Shown here one piece after another: positions 43,101 through 56,400 of a DNA stretch of 64,000 nt. This DNA comes from Pecten maximus (Eukaryota). Both the position numbers and the translations under genes were made by a program. Below the pieces are notes generated by a model. It worked only from the letters and a program-made list of their open reading frames with translations. It was not told where the DNA came from and made no database searches. The stretch is from positions 30,752,001 to 30,816,000 of the forward strand of contig NC_047015.1 of NCBI RefSeq assembly GCF_902652985.1, given 5' to 3'. Each line of letters starts with the position of its first letter. Positions within the stretch are counted from its first letter, which is position 1.

Positions 43101-45874
43101 GTAAGATGTTGTGGTTCACAATGCCTCAATGTGTTTTATGATTGGCACTGACAAGGGCAAGTAGATCTTGTATTCCACACAAGTTGTAAAATTTCTAGTT
43201 GCACTGTATATCTTTTAAGAACTTTTCCTAATGACTTGATTCATTTCAGCATTTAAATGTCTTTTCTGTGTTCATTTTGGACAAGTAAAGTTAGTAGAAA
43301 TACCCTGGCCAATGTAAACATAGACATTCTAAATTAATGTATATAGACCAGGAACTGTAAGGTCATTGGATCATAGATTTTGCATATTGGGTATTGGGTT
43401 AATACACAAGTATGAACATAGTTTACATATAATTTCTGCTGCGATCACAATTACATTGCCTTGTATGGCTTATTTCTTGTCAATTTTTAAATGTACACAA
43501 ATATTTTACACTGTTTGACTAATAAAACACAAACCTCTTGTGGTGCAATCAGGGTCACAGGCAGGTTATCAAATGGATCAGGCTAGATCTACATGTATAT
43601 AGAATTTTCTACGAATTAAAAAGATGTCTCAAATTAAAAACTGCATGTTTGTGTTTATGGTAAAATTGTATTGTGCTTAACAGACGATGATAAACAATTC
43701 CCGTCAGGTTGTAAACCTTTATTGTGTTTCAACCAAAAACAAACAATCAACTATAATAATTCGTGCAACCTAGCCGGGCACTCATAGGCGGTACAGAATC
43801 AAAAACATAAACGCATTTAGTATCACGACAACAATAACCAAAAAACGTAAAGTTGCTTCATTTCAACATCTCAGAGTAGGAATTAACTTGCAGTTCAGTA
43901 CATTGTCACATAATCACCAAATGTACAAACAATCACGCAATGACGGGTCCATTTTCCACAATGTCCGATAGATGTTGTAGGCCGTGTCGCGGCTTCCATG
44001 TTACATTAACCGGTTTCACTAAATGCCAACCTGGCAGAGTCATACCACAAGGCAGCGACAAGTTACGAGAAGAATTAACTGGGGTATATTTACAATACAA
44101 AAATGATTCACCAATTTTCTTCCCAAAATGGGGCAAAAATACTTGACCTCAAACCAGTGAAAAAAATTGAGTAATAAAGCCTCCCAGCTTATACAGGATA
44201 ATTATCAAAAGATGTTCTTGGTTGCCCCTTGCTATATTGTAGGTTTTGTATGTTAACAGTGTCCTCAGAGCAGGCTCCAGAATTGGCTTTACGACAAGAC
44301 TTCCTGTGTACCTTTAGTGCAGGAACAGAACAAGCCAACAAAATAGGTTTTAAGAAGAATAATGCAGTTGTCTGCATGTACCAAAACTATCAGGTATAAA
44401 GACAAAATGTTTTCAGGTTTGCATTATTCCCACTTTGTTCCACCGATGATGCCACAATAGTTTATTGATCAAGTTTAAGTGAATCATTGATTACATGTCA
44501 AAAAAACAGTAAATCAAATACATTTTTCATGTAAGGGAACAACCAACCAATTGAAAACATATATTTTTGAAACAGCCCCTGTGTATAGAACGTTGAGCCA
44601 AGGATAAAATGTCTGGCAGCCACTGATTGGCCAGTATGTTATGAGGTGAGAAAATAGATATGTAGCCTGATAGGTAACTATCAATAAGAAATGTTGATAT
44701 AAATTTCCTAAGTCCGATTGGTTTTTTCCCCAAAAGTTCACGTAATAATAGTAAACAGGTAAACATTTAATATTTTTGAGAATTTTTACCGCGAAATTCA
44801 CCTACAATTTGTATTTTCAAAATGGCTACCCTGGAGAAAATTTGAGCTGAAGGACCCAACTTTTTTTTTTGATTAGGTGTTATATCAGACCCTAAACTTT
44901 TGTTATAAACCATAATCGTCATATTCAATTCAAAAATTTGAATGGAATAATCCAAAACGTTAACACTAAGGTCTATGGGAAAACAATTGGTTGGTTGGTC
45001 TCTACAATGAAGTCTGAATGGTGTTGAACTGCTTCTGATAGCATAATGTCTAAGGTATTAAAATATCTAATTTTGAGGATTATAAAGACAAAGGTTGCCA
45101 TTAATATTTCTGTCTTTGTTTTAGGTGGTACAAGTAAATTGTCATCCATTGACTGTGACATACATTGCAGAGAGTGATACAAATACGGGTGAGGATAATT
45201 GATTAACACTTCAAACAAGTCATTGTTCACATTTCCAAATTAGATGTATGCTGATTGGAATCTGTTGGAAAATCATAGTAAATTATCACTTAAACATGAA
45301 CTTCTAATTATTGATTGTGTAATCAGTTGGTCAATGTTGCATTTAAAACATTTTAATGTTATGTGATTGCTTTGCAGAAAAAAGAAGACAAAAAAAAAAG
45401 AATAAATAAATTTAAAAAATGCAAAATAGAGTAAACTATGGTCATTTAATAATATATTATGTAAATTTCATTTATTACAATGATTATTTTAATCATGAAC
45501 TTAACTTGGAAGATTCTCAGAAATGCTTCTTACATTAAAAGAAATGACCAAAATTATTATCACTTGACTTGAAATATTTTTCTTGTTAATTTTCATATTG
45601 CAGGCAACAATGCAACAATATATTTGTGTGAACACATTCCAACACAAATTCCTTTGCATCAAAGAATAGTTAGGGCCTGCACATTTTTCTTTTATTACAT
45701 CATAGGAAACCCACAAGGCTCTGTTGAAGTTGATAGAGTCTGGCAGCTTTCCGATGATGGGCAGTGTAATGTACTCATTTTATATTCTTTGTATTCACAG
45801 GTTTGCTGTTGAGTTTAAAAGAAGATATGAAAGACATTTTAAATGACATTTCATCTGTTGTCATTACATCATAG
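40179..45874 (+). CDS. LAMTOR3: Ragulator complex protein LAMTOR3 (MP1), 124 aa; exons 40179-40187, 41885-41919, 43042-43100, 44260-44393, 45125-45188, 45801-45874 (absent from the ORF track)
   Basis: Spliced product MAEEIKTYLSKLMKTVTGLYAILVTDRDGVPVVKVSSEQAPELALRQDFLCTFSAGTEQANKIGFKKNNAVVCMYQNYQVVQVNCHPLTVTYIAESDTNTGLLLSLKEDMKDILNDISSVVITS*. All junctions are GT-AG and in phase; length and motifs match recalled LAMTOR3. Confidence 0.96.
41050..41380 (-). mobile_element. tRNA-derived SINE (CORE/V-type central domain) in LAMTOR3 intron 1
   Basis: AAGTGTCTTGCCCAAGGACACAAC is the reverse complement of the conserved SINE core gtgtccttgggcaagacactt. Boundaries are approximate. Confidence 0.5.
41943..42347 (+). 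mobile_element. Degenerate HINE/DINE-1-like element
   Basis: ttttatgtccc..gggagagcatatag 5' inverted repeat, tgtccgtc microsatellite, short internal repeats, 3' ggaggcat..gtcttgcagacattttcta. Confidence 0.45.
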
Positions 45875-47117
45875 AAGGAAATGTTACATTCACTTAACAG
45901 ATGTAGTATTGACATAAGTTAATCTGATAGGGAAGTAACCCTGTTTTGTCTGTCATGATGGAGAGGAAACCAGGATTGATGGTTTGATACTGAAGTACAT
46001 TTATAACCATTTTGCTTTTGCAAAGAACACCTGAAATAAAAGAAGTGCTTGTACTGAAATTATGTTGCTGATCTGATAATAAGTTAAAGTTTGCAGAGAG
46101 ATAAAAACAAACCTGAGGTTTCATTTTTCTCTCTCAAAACCATAGTTTTTTTAGACACTGGGAAGTTTGTGTTATTAATTTCTTATTCTAAGTGTCAGTA
46201 ATTGATGCTTAGAATCCATTAGTATTTAAAGTTTATTGCAGATTCTTCTTGTTAAATTTGTTAAATTGTCAACAAAGAAAACAACTCATGGTAGGTTTCC
46301 ATATGTAAATGGCTAGATATCATCTATGCATGTGTAATTGTGTATACAGTGAATGATGAAGGGTGTGTGTGTGAGAGATGGGATTTTACAAGTCTGAAAT
46401 CCTTGCTATTATACTTATGTTGAATTATGTAATGATATCATACTTATAGCATAACTGTTTCCATTCCCTTCAAAGGTTGTTTTATATGAAACTGTTGCTA
46501 TAATCAAGTGTGAGTGGAGTTGAATAGCAAACATTATTTGATGCCCCAAACAACATTATGGTTTTTGTTGTCAAAAAAATAAATATTTATACTGTATATA
46601 AATAGGGGGAAAACTTAGTGAAGTTATGATAAACTACATAGAATGTAATTCATTTTCTTTCAAAACTTTGTAAATTGTTTCAAAATATGTTCTGGCAAAG
46701 TATTTATCATCTTTCCAGAATTATGCTAATGAAACTAAATGTATTAGTGTATAGGATCAATCTGTCCAAAAGTCACATACAGTAACATAGGTACAGCAGC
46801 TGTGAACATGGTATGAAAGGACAATTTAAATGTAGCCGATGAAGTGCAAAGGGTTTAATATGTGATAGAGAAAGTCACACAGTTGTATTTATGCTATATT
46901 ACTGGTACAGAAATACAAAATATGAATAACTGGTGCAAAAATGTGGCATCTGGTGCAAAAAATTAAAATATATTGGATGCTTTAAGGATACACCTTGTAC
47001 AAGATAAAGTGTAGATTGCAGTATTTATGTAATGGGGAAAGTCCAATGTTTTAAAATATTGATGAAGCCACAGAATAAATTTTTTTAAAATCTGTATACT
47101 TTTTAGTATTTTTTCAT

Positions 47118-48706
47118 TTTTAGCTCACCTGGACCGAATGTCCATTGATATTATGTCATGGCGCGGCGTCTGTCGTCCGTCCGTCGTCATTTGCTTCAAA
47201 TCGCTACTAGTAAAAAAGTTCTTATTGGATTTTGACCAGATTTGGTCAGAAACATCCTTGGCAGAAGGGGATAAGATTTTGCATAAATGGTGACTCTGAC
47301 CCTGGAGGGGCAGGGCCAAATAGGGGAAATTGAGGTAATGCCTTTAAATCGCTACTAGTCATAAAGTTGTGAATGGATTTGAATTAATTTGGTCAAAAAT
47401 ATCATTTGGAGAAGGGTAACAGATTTTGCATAAACGGTGACGCTGACCCCCAGGGGCCCAATAGGGGAAATAGATGTAATGCCTTTAAATCGCTACTAGT
47501 CACAAATTTATGAATGGATTTGAACATAATTTGATCAGAAACATCCTTGGGGGAAGGGGAACAGATTTTGCATAAATGACGATTCTGACCTTTAAGGGCC
47601 AGACGGGCGGGACCCAATAGGGGAAATAGAGGTACACTGTAATTTCTTTAAATGGCTACTTGTCAAAAAGTTCTTTGGATTTTGACCAAATTTAGTCAGA
47701 AACATCCTCTGCCAAAGGGGATAAGATTTTGCATAAATGGTGACTCTGACTCCCAAGGGGCCAGAGAGGCGAGGCCTAATAGGGGAAATAGAGGTATTTG
47801 TTTTGTTTTGTTTTGTTTAACATCCTATTAACAGCCAGGGTCAATTAAGGACGTGCCAGGTTTTGGACGTGGAGGAAAGCCGGAGTACCGGAGAAAAAAC
47901 AACAGCCTACGGTCAGTACCTGGCAACTGCCCCACATAGGTTTCGAACTCGCAACCCAGAGGTGGAGAAATAGAGGTAATTTCTTTAAATCGCTACTAGT
48001 GATAAAATTCTTATTGGATTTTGACCAAATTTAGTCAGAAACATCCTCTGCCAAAGGGGATAAGATTTTGCATAACTGGTGACTGACCCCAGAGGGGCGG
48101 GGTCGGATGGGGAAATTAAGGCAATTCCGTTAAATCACTAGTCAAAATTATGAATGGATTTGAACCCAATTTGATCAGAAACATCCTTGGGGGAAGGGGA
48201 ACAGATTTTGCATAAATGGTGACTGTAACCCCCCTGGGGCATGAGGGGCCAAAATGTCCTGCATGGATTTGAACCAAATTTGGTCAGAAAGATCCTTTGG
48301 GGAAAGGAAAAAGATTTTGCATAAGTGGTTGCTATGACCCTCCATTCCATAACCAGCATCGCTGGAAGTTAAGGGATAAACAAAATTTCTTATGTAGAAA
48401 TAGGGCCAAGGGTCTTTTCCCACTCTAAGGGACTTAGTGTCTTTAAACACAATTATGTTGTAAAAACCACCCCTAAGTTGTTTTTTTTACACACTTAGAG
48501 AGTCTGGACTATGTAATTTCTTTAAAGCAGTTCAGATCCCCACACTATAACCATATATAGCATTGTTCAAGATTGACAAATAGAGCTACGTATTAACGAA
48601 TTGAACATGAACATTATTTTGACGTTTGGTCAAATCCAACCAGGTGAGCGATACCAGAGACATATAAATGTCTCTGGCGATACAGGCCCCATGGGCCTCT
48701 TGTTTT
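47118..48706 (+). mobile_element. HINE/Helentron-type element with ~150-bp internal tandem repeats
   Basis: TTTTAGCTCACCTG 5' end, cgtctgtcgtccgtccgtcgtc microsatellite, repeats of aaatcgctactag..ttttgcataaatggtgac, 3' caggtgagcg..aggcccatgggcctcttgttt. Confidence 0.88.
47797..47966 (-). mobile_element. 5'-truncated SINE inserted into the HINE array, with 12-bp TSD
   Basis: GAAATAGAGGTA is duplicated at 47785-47796 and 47967-47978. (CAAAA)n tail and conserved ggtactccggctttcctcca SINE domain on the minus strand. Confidence 0.8.
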
Positions 48707-49177
48707 TCTAGTGCCTGTTATGAATATGAAGATGAACCATGAATCATCATACTTAACAACTTTCTTGACTTAGTTGGGAGTTTCCCGATTTCAGACTCCC
48801 TCTCCCGTGATTTTAATGCTAAACATGAATTTCACTCATACAACGTAAATTGAATACAGTCAGGGGCGTAGCTTCCTATACGCGGGTACTTAAATGCGTA
48901 CAAATAATTTTGAACAACAAAAAATTCTGAAGCTTTGATTATCATTGATTTTTTTTTGTCCCTAAATTTGAGGCGAGTGGGTTTTGGAAAGTACAATAAT
49001 AGGCTGTCTGCCTGAATAAAACTGTTCATGTACTTCTGAATTATAGCTCGTGATTGTTATTGATATGATTCATTCATATGTGTTGTTTGTTATGCTACTT
49101 TGCCTTCAAACTACTTTGTAGTTTCAAACGTCCTAATAAAAGAATTGACGAAATACAATCCAAATAGGCCCCCCCGG

Positions 49178-51490
49178 ACCCGGCAACCCCACACCTGACA
49201 ATCTCGCATCGACAATCCCACACCCGATAACCCCACAACCAACAACCCACACCTGACAATCTCACACCGATAACCCCACACCCGACAACCCCATACCAGA
49301 CAACTCAACACTCGACAACCCCACACCTGACGATCTCACACCAAACAACCCCACACCGGAAAATCCCACACCCAACAACCCTCACCCAACAACCCCACAC
49401 CCGACAACCCCACACCCAACAACCCCACATCCGACAACCCACACCTGACAATCTCACACCCAACAACCCCACACCCGACAACCCCACACCCGACAACCCC
49501 ACACCCAACAACCCCACACCCAACAACCCCTCACCCAACAACCCCATACCCAACAACCCCATACCCAACAACCACACACCAGACAATCTCACACCCAACA
49601 ACCCCACACCCAACAACCCCAAACTGGAAAATCCCACACCTAACAACCCCACATCCGACAACCCCACACCCAACAACCCCACACCCGACAACCCCACACC
49701 AAACAACCCCATACCCAACAACCCCAAACCAGAAAATCCCACACCCAACAACCCACACCCGACAACCCCACAACAAACAACCCCATACCCAACAACCACA
49801 CACCCAACAACCCCACACCCGACAACCCCACACCCAACAACCCCACACCCAACAACCCCATACCCGACAACCCCATACCCGACAACCCCACACCCGACAA
49901 CCCACACCAAACAATCCCATACCCAACAACCACACACCCAACAACCCCACACCCGACAACCCACACCCAACAACCCCACTACCGACAACCCCACACCCAA
50001 CAACCCCATACCCAACAACCCCATACCCGACAACCCCACACCCGACAACCCCACACCCAAACAATCCCATACCCAACAACCACACACCTGACAATCTCAC
50101 ACCCAACAACCCCACACCCAACAACCCCACACCCAACAACCCCACACCCCAACACCCCACACCGACAACCCCACACCCCACAACAACCCCACACCCAACA
50201 ACCCCATACCCAACAAACCCCATACCCAACAACCCCACACCCGACAACCCACACCAAACAACCCCATACCCAACACACAACAACCACACCCAACACAACC
50301 CCACACCCAACAACCCCACACCCAACAACCCCACACCCGACAACCCCACAACCAACAACCCCACACCCGACAACCCACACCCAAACAACCCCACACCCAA
50401 CAACCCCACACCCGACAAACCCCACACCAAACAACCCCATACCCAACAACCACACACCAACAACCCACCCAACAACCCCAAACCGGAAAATCCCACACCC
50501 AACAACCCCACACCCAACAACCCCACACCCGACAACCTCACACCAAACAACCCCATACCCAACAACCCCAAACCGGAAAATCCCACACCCAACAACCCCA
50601 CACCCAAAAACCCCACACCGGAAAATCCCACACCCAACAACCCCACACCCAACAACCCCACATCCGACAACCCCACAACCGACAATCCCACACCCTTCAA
50701 TCTCACATCCAACAACCCCCACACCTGACAATCTCACACCCAACAATCCCACACCCAACAACCCCTCACCCAACAACCCCTCACCCAACAACCCCACACC
50801 CAACAACCCCTCACCCAACAACCCCACACCAAACAACCCCATACCCAACAACACCTGACAATCTCACACCCAACAACCCCACACCCAACAACCCCTCACC
50901 CAACACCCCAACACCCGACAACCCCATACCCAACAACCAACCCCACACCTGACAATCTCACACCCAACAACCCCACACCCAAAACCCCAAACCGGAAAAT
51001 CCCACACCCAACAACCCCACAACCCACAACCCCACAACCGACAACCCCACACCCTTCAACCTCACATCCAACAACCCCACACCTGACAATCTCACACCCA
51101 ACAATCCCACACCCAACAACCCCTCACCCAACAACCCCTCACCCAACAACCCCACACCCAACAACCCCTCACCCAACAACCCCTCACCCGACAACCCCTC
51201 ACCCGACAACCCCACACCCAACAACCCCTCACCCGACAACCCCACACCCAACAACCCCACACCTGACAATCCCACACCCAACAACCCCACATCCGACAAC
51301 CCCACACCCAACAACCCCACATCCGACAACCCCAAACCGGAAAATCCCACACCTGACAATCTCACACCCAACAACCCCACACCGGAAAATCCCATACCCA
51401 ACAACCCCACACCCAACAACCCCATACCCAACAACCCCACACCCAACAAGCCCACACCCGGCAATCCCACATCCGACGATCCCACACCCT
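49178..51490. repeat. 15-bp minisatellite, ~150 copies, strongly strand-asymmetric
   Basis: Unit CCCCACACCCAACAA with variants; minus strand reads (TTGTTGGGTGTGGGG)n. Confidence 0.97.
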
Positions 51491-52145
51491 ACAATCCAGA
51501 TTGCGAGGTTGTGGGGCATATCAAATATCACATGTAAAAAAGAGAGTGTATCAACACGCTAGGCTACATATATATATAGATGACTAAACAAAAAAAATCC
51601 TATCTTATCCACATCACCACGGAAGTACGAGTGGTCATACTTCTAAAAAAAATGATGATATCAAGAGGCCAGGAAACATTGCTTATTGTTTACTTATTAC
51701 TCATAAGAGCCACGATATCGTATTAAACTATATGTCCCTTCCTGTCGGGACGAAGGTGACCGGATAGAGGGTACTCGGAAAATGAGTTTTCAATGTAGTA
51801 GGATGAATTATATAACCCACGAAATATACTAAGACTACGGTCTTCATAGACCACAAAGTCCATGTAACAAGAATTTCTCCTTATATTCCAGTTTTATATA
51901 CCATCCGTGAAAACCATACTTTATGATTTTTTTTTCTTCACGGAAATGAACTAAACCGAAATTAATTATCGCATCGTTTTATTATTCGATTTTATGAAAC
52001 TGAACATGACGGCATACATGGAATAAAGATTTGATGTGGCATATGTCCAGATGACCCAACACATTAATATAAGTGACATAAAAGTAACGCTATCTCGTAG
52101 AGGTCTCAGATTATTTCCTAAGTTATGTATTGGTTACTTATCACA

Positions 52146-52316
52146 TACAGTATATATGTTTGATACAGTATATAAATATGTATTATATATGTTTGATACA
52201 GTATATAAATATGTATTATATATGTTTGATACAGTATATAAATATGTATTATATATGTTTGATACAGTATATAAATATGTATTATATATGTTTGATACAG
52301 TATATAAATATGTATG
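52146..52316. repeat. 33-bp AT-rich minisatellite, ~5 copies
   Basis: Unit TATATATGTTTGATACAGTATATAAATATGTAT. Confidence 0.95.
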
Positions 52317-52798
52317 ATATTTTACGTATACTTAACAAATTACACGGAAGTTAAATTGAAATCAAACACCTACCATTCTATACGATTTAGATTTAGAATG
52401 TAATAACAGTTTAAACTCATTTTAATGTACACCTGTATATACTAGGTACTTATGATTAAATATAGAGTTATTCAGTAAGGTCTCTGTAGAAATGAATCGT
52501 CGACTTGTTTTGTGTAAATTACAGATGTACTGGCCGTTTGACGAAGGTGCTAGCTACGTACATATATATATGTATACACATCGTCCATGTACTATACTGT
52601 AGATTCTATATACCCCAGTACTACATTTTACATGGTTATAGTTTTTAATACCCATGCAATTATTATCTCTCCATTTACTTTTATAACCAACAAAACTTTA
52701 TATTTTATTGAAAATATAGCATTTTCATGCAATCATGTTGTTGCTTGATGTGAACGTTTCACGGAACCCGTTATAGTAATGGCAAAAGTGTGATGACC

Positions 52799-52822
52799 GG
52801 AGTTCCCCAAGTTTTCACCAAT
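52799..52822. promoter_or_regulatory. kB (Rel/NF-kB) consensus site plus CCAAT box upstream of the cGLR
   Basis: GGAGTTCCCC at 52799-52808 (reverse complement GGGGAACTCC fits GGGRNWYYCC) and CCAAT at 52818-52822, ~320 bp upstream of the putative ATG. Confidence 0.45.
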
Positions 52823-53128
52823 CAAAACTCTCCCCACTTAGTGACACACGTATGTATTTACTATTGGTTACTTTCTAATACAAAAGATGATGCACATATA
52901 TATACATTCATACGGAACTAAATGTCAGAAAAAAACTTAAACAGAAAAATGAAATAAGACAATGGTGGACAAATTTATCGTCATGACGAGGCATAGCATT
53001 GCTAGACCGATGGATAGCCGCATACTTAGTGTTGACTAAATTGAAGACATTTGTCATTAAGCAGACGAAACCATTTCTCGTATATCAAACTCGAAGTTGA
53101 AGTGGGAAGTGCCAGAATAATCAGGAAC

Positions 53129-53136
53129 ATGGACAG
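53129..53136 (+). CDS. Putative first coding exon of the cGLR (ATG GAC AG|gtaaga)
   Basis: Good start context aacATGG and strong donor AG|GTAAGA. Phase 2 matches the phase-2 acceptor at 57305, giving MDRISTEKGRLDDKGSRRMSVLL. Confidence 0.6.
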
Positions 53137-53440
53137 GTAAGATATAAAAACACAGATCATGACAAAACAAAAACAAAACAACAACGTTTATCTCGCATTT
53201 CCAGTTCATTCTACTTGGTAATTGTATGTTGCCATGTGAACGCCAGTTTCTCCTGTTTTGTGAATACACTAAAAACAACAACAACACCAAGATTACTCCA
53301 AGACTGGCTGTTGAGTGGATGTTCATGGTATCCGGTAAGATTAATTGAATTAATGAAATAATACATTATCACTAGATATGACTGTTATCACTGGATATGT
53401 CCGGAAACCTTATAACAAAGAACCACATGTGGGGTCTTTA

Positions 53441-56400
53441 GACGTAATCGTTCGTACCGTATGTACCGGTACATGTGATGACAGGAGACGTCATCGTTCG
53501 TACCGTATGTAGAGGTATGTGATGACAGGAGACGTCATCGTTCGTACCGTATGTAGAGATACATGTGATGACAGGAGACGTCATCGTTCGTACCGTATGT
53601 AGAGGTATGTGATGACAGGAGACGTCATCGTTCGTACCGTATGTAGAGGTATGTGATGACAGGAGACGTCATCGTTCGTACCGTATGTAGAGGTACATGT
53701 GATGACAGGAGACGTCATCGTTCGTACAGTATGTAGAGATACATGTGATGACAGAAGACGTCATCGTTCGTACCGTATGTAGAGGTATGTGATGACAGGA
53801 GACGTCATCGTTCGTACCGTATGTAGAGATACATGTGATGACAGGAGACGTCATCGTTCGTACCGTATGTAGAGGTACATGTGATGACAGGAGACGTCAT
53901 CGTTCGTACCGTATGTAGAGATACATGTGATGACAGGAGACGTCATCGTTCGTACCGTATGTAGAGATACATGTGATGGACAGGAGACGTCCATCGTTCG
54001 TTACGGAGACGTCATCGTTCGTACCGTATGTAGAGATACATGTGATGACAGGAGACGTCATCGTTCGTACCGTATGTAGAGGTACATGTGATGACAGGAG
54101 ACGTCATCGTTCGTACCGTATGTAGAGATACATGTGATGACAGGAGACGTCATCGTTCGTACCGTATGTAGAGATACATGTGATGACAGGAGACGTCATC
54201 GTTCGTACCGTATGTAGAGGTATGTGATGACAGGAGACGTCATCGTTCGTACCGTATGTAGAGGTACATGTGATGACAGGAGACGTCATCGTTCGTACCG
54301 TATGTAGAGATACATGTGATGACAGGAGACGTCATCGTTCGTACCGTATGTAGAGATACATGTGATGACAGGAGACGTCATCGTTCGTACCGTATGTGGA
54401 GGTACATGTGATGACAGGAGACGTCATCGTTCGTACCGTATGTACCGGTACATGTGATGACAGGAGACGTCATCGTTCGTACAGTATGTAGAGGTATGTG
54501 ATGAGAGGAAACGTCATCGTTCTTACCGTATGTAGAGGTACATGTGATGACAGGAGATGTCATCGTTCGTACCGTATGTAGAGGTACATGTGATGACAGG
54601 AGACGTCATCATTCGTACCGTATGTAGAGATACATGTGATGACAGGAGACGTGATCGTTCTTACCGTATGTAGAGGTACATGTGATGACAGGAGATGTCA
54701 TCGTTCGTAACGTATGTAGAGATACATGTGATGACAGGAGACGTCATCGTTCTTACCGTATGTAGAGATACATGTGATGACAGGAGACGTCATCGTTCGT
54801 ACCTTATGTAGAGGTATGTGATGACAGGAGACGTCATCATTCGTACCGTATGTAGAGGTATGTGATGACAGGAGACGTCATCGTTCTTACCGTATGTAGA
54901 GATATGTGATGACAGGAGACGTCATCGTTCTTACCGTATGTAGAGATATGTGATGACAGGAGACGTCATCGTTCTTACCGTATGTAGAGGTATGTGATGA
55001 CAGGAGACGTCATCGTTCTTACCGTATGTAGAGGTATGTGATGACAGGAGACGTCATCGTTCTTACCGTATGTAGAGGTATGTGATGACAGGAGACGTCA
55101 TCGTTCTTACCGTATGTAGAGATATGTGATGACAGGAGACGTCATCGTTCTTACCGTATGTAGAGATATGTGATGACAGGAGACGTCATCGTTCTTACCG
55201 TATGTAGAGGTATGTGATGACAGGAGACGTCATCGTTCTTACCGTATGTAGAGATACATGTGATGACAGGAGACGTCATCATTCGTACCTTATGTAGAGG
55301 TATGTGATGACAGGAGACGTCATCATTCGTACCGTATGTAGAGATCCATGTGATGACAGGAGACGTCATCGTTCGTACAGTATGTAGAGATACATGTGAT
55401 GACAGGAGACGTCATCGTTCGTACCGTATGTAGAGGTATGTGATGACGAGAAGTCATCGTTCGTACCATATGTAGAGATACATGTGATGACAGGAGACGT
55501 CATCGTTCGAGCCGTATGTTGAGGTACATGTGATGACAGGAGACGTCATCGTTCGTACCGTATGTAGAGATACATGTGATGACAGGAGACGTCATCGTTC
55601 GTACCGTATGTGGAGGTACATGTGATGACAGGAGACGTCATCGTTCGTACCGTATGTACCGGTACATGTGATGACAGGAGACGTCATCGTTCGTACAGTA
55701 TGTAGAGGTATGTGATGAGAGGAAACGTCATCGTTCGTACCGTATGTAGAGGTACATGTGATGACAGGAGACGTCATCGTTCGTACCGTATGTAGAGATA
55801 CATGTGATGACAGGAGATGTCATCGTTCGTACCGTATGTAGAGGTACATGTGATGACAGGAGACGTCATCATTCGTACCGTATGTAGAGGTACATGTGAT
55901 GACAGGAGACGTCATCGTTCGTACAGTATGTAGAGATACATGTGATGACAGGAGACGTCATCGTTCGAGCCGTATGTTGAGGTACATGTGATGACAGGAG
56001 ACGTCATCGTTCGTACCGTATGTAGAGATACATGTGATGACAGGAGACGTCATCGTTCGAAACGTATGTAGAGGTACATGTGATGACAGGAGACGTCATC
56101 GTTCGTACAGTATGTAGAGATACATGTGATGACAGGAGACGTCATCGTTCGTACCGTATGTAGAGGTACATGTGATGACAGGAGATGTCATCGTTCGTAC
56201 CGTATGTAGAGGTACATGTGATGACAGGAGACGTCATCATTCGTACCGTATGTAGAGATACATGTGATGACAGGAGACGTCATCATTCGTACCGTATGTA
56301 GAGATACATGTGATGACAGGAGACGTCATCGTTCGTACAGTATGTAGAGATACATGTGATGACAGAAGACGTCATCGTTCGTACCGTATGTAGAGGTATG

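Noticed and set aside
49178-51490. Interstitial telomeric repeat
   Set aside because: The unit is a 15-mer without TTAGGG.
49111-51531. Long Gly/Val/Cys/Trp-rich ORFs on the minus strand
   Set aside because: They are open in all frames because the 15-bp unit lacks stops; no splice or homology support.
53319-53340. Alternative cGLR first exon ATGTTCATGGTATCCG|gtaaga
   Set aside because: Phase 1 does not match the phase-2 acceptor at 57305; at most a non-coding alternative donor.
54498-54516. Hammerhead-like string GTGATGAGAGGAAACGTC in variant units (also ~55712)
   Set aside because: It lacks the CUGA core and any stem II, and occurs only in two variant units.
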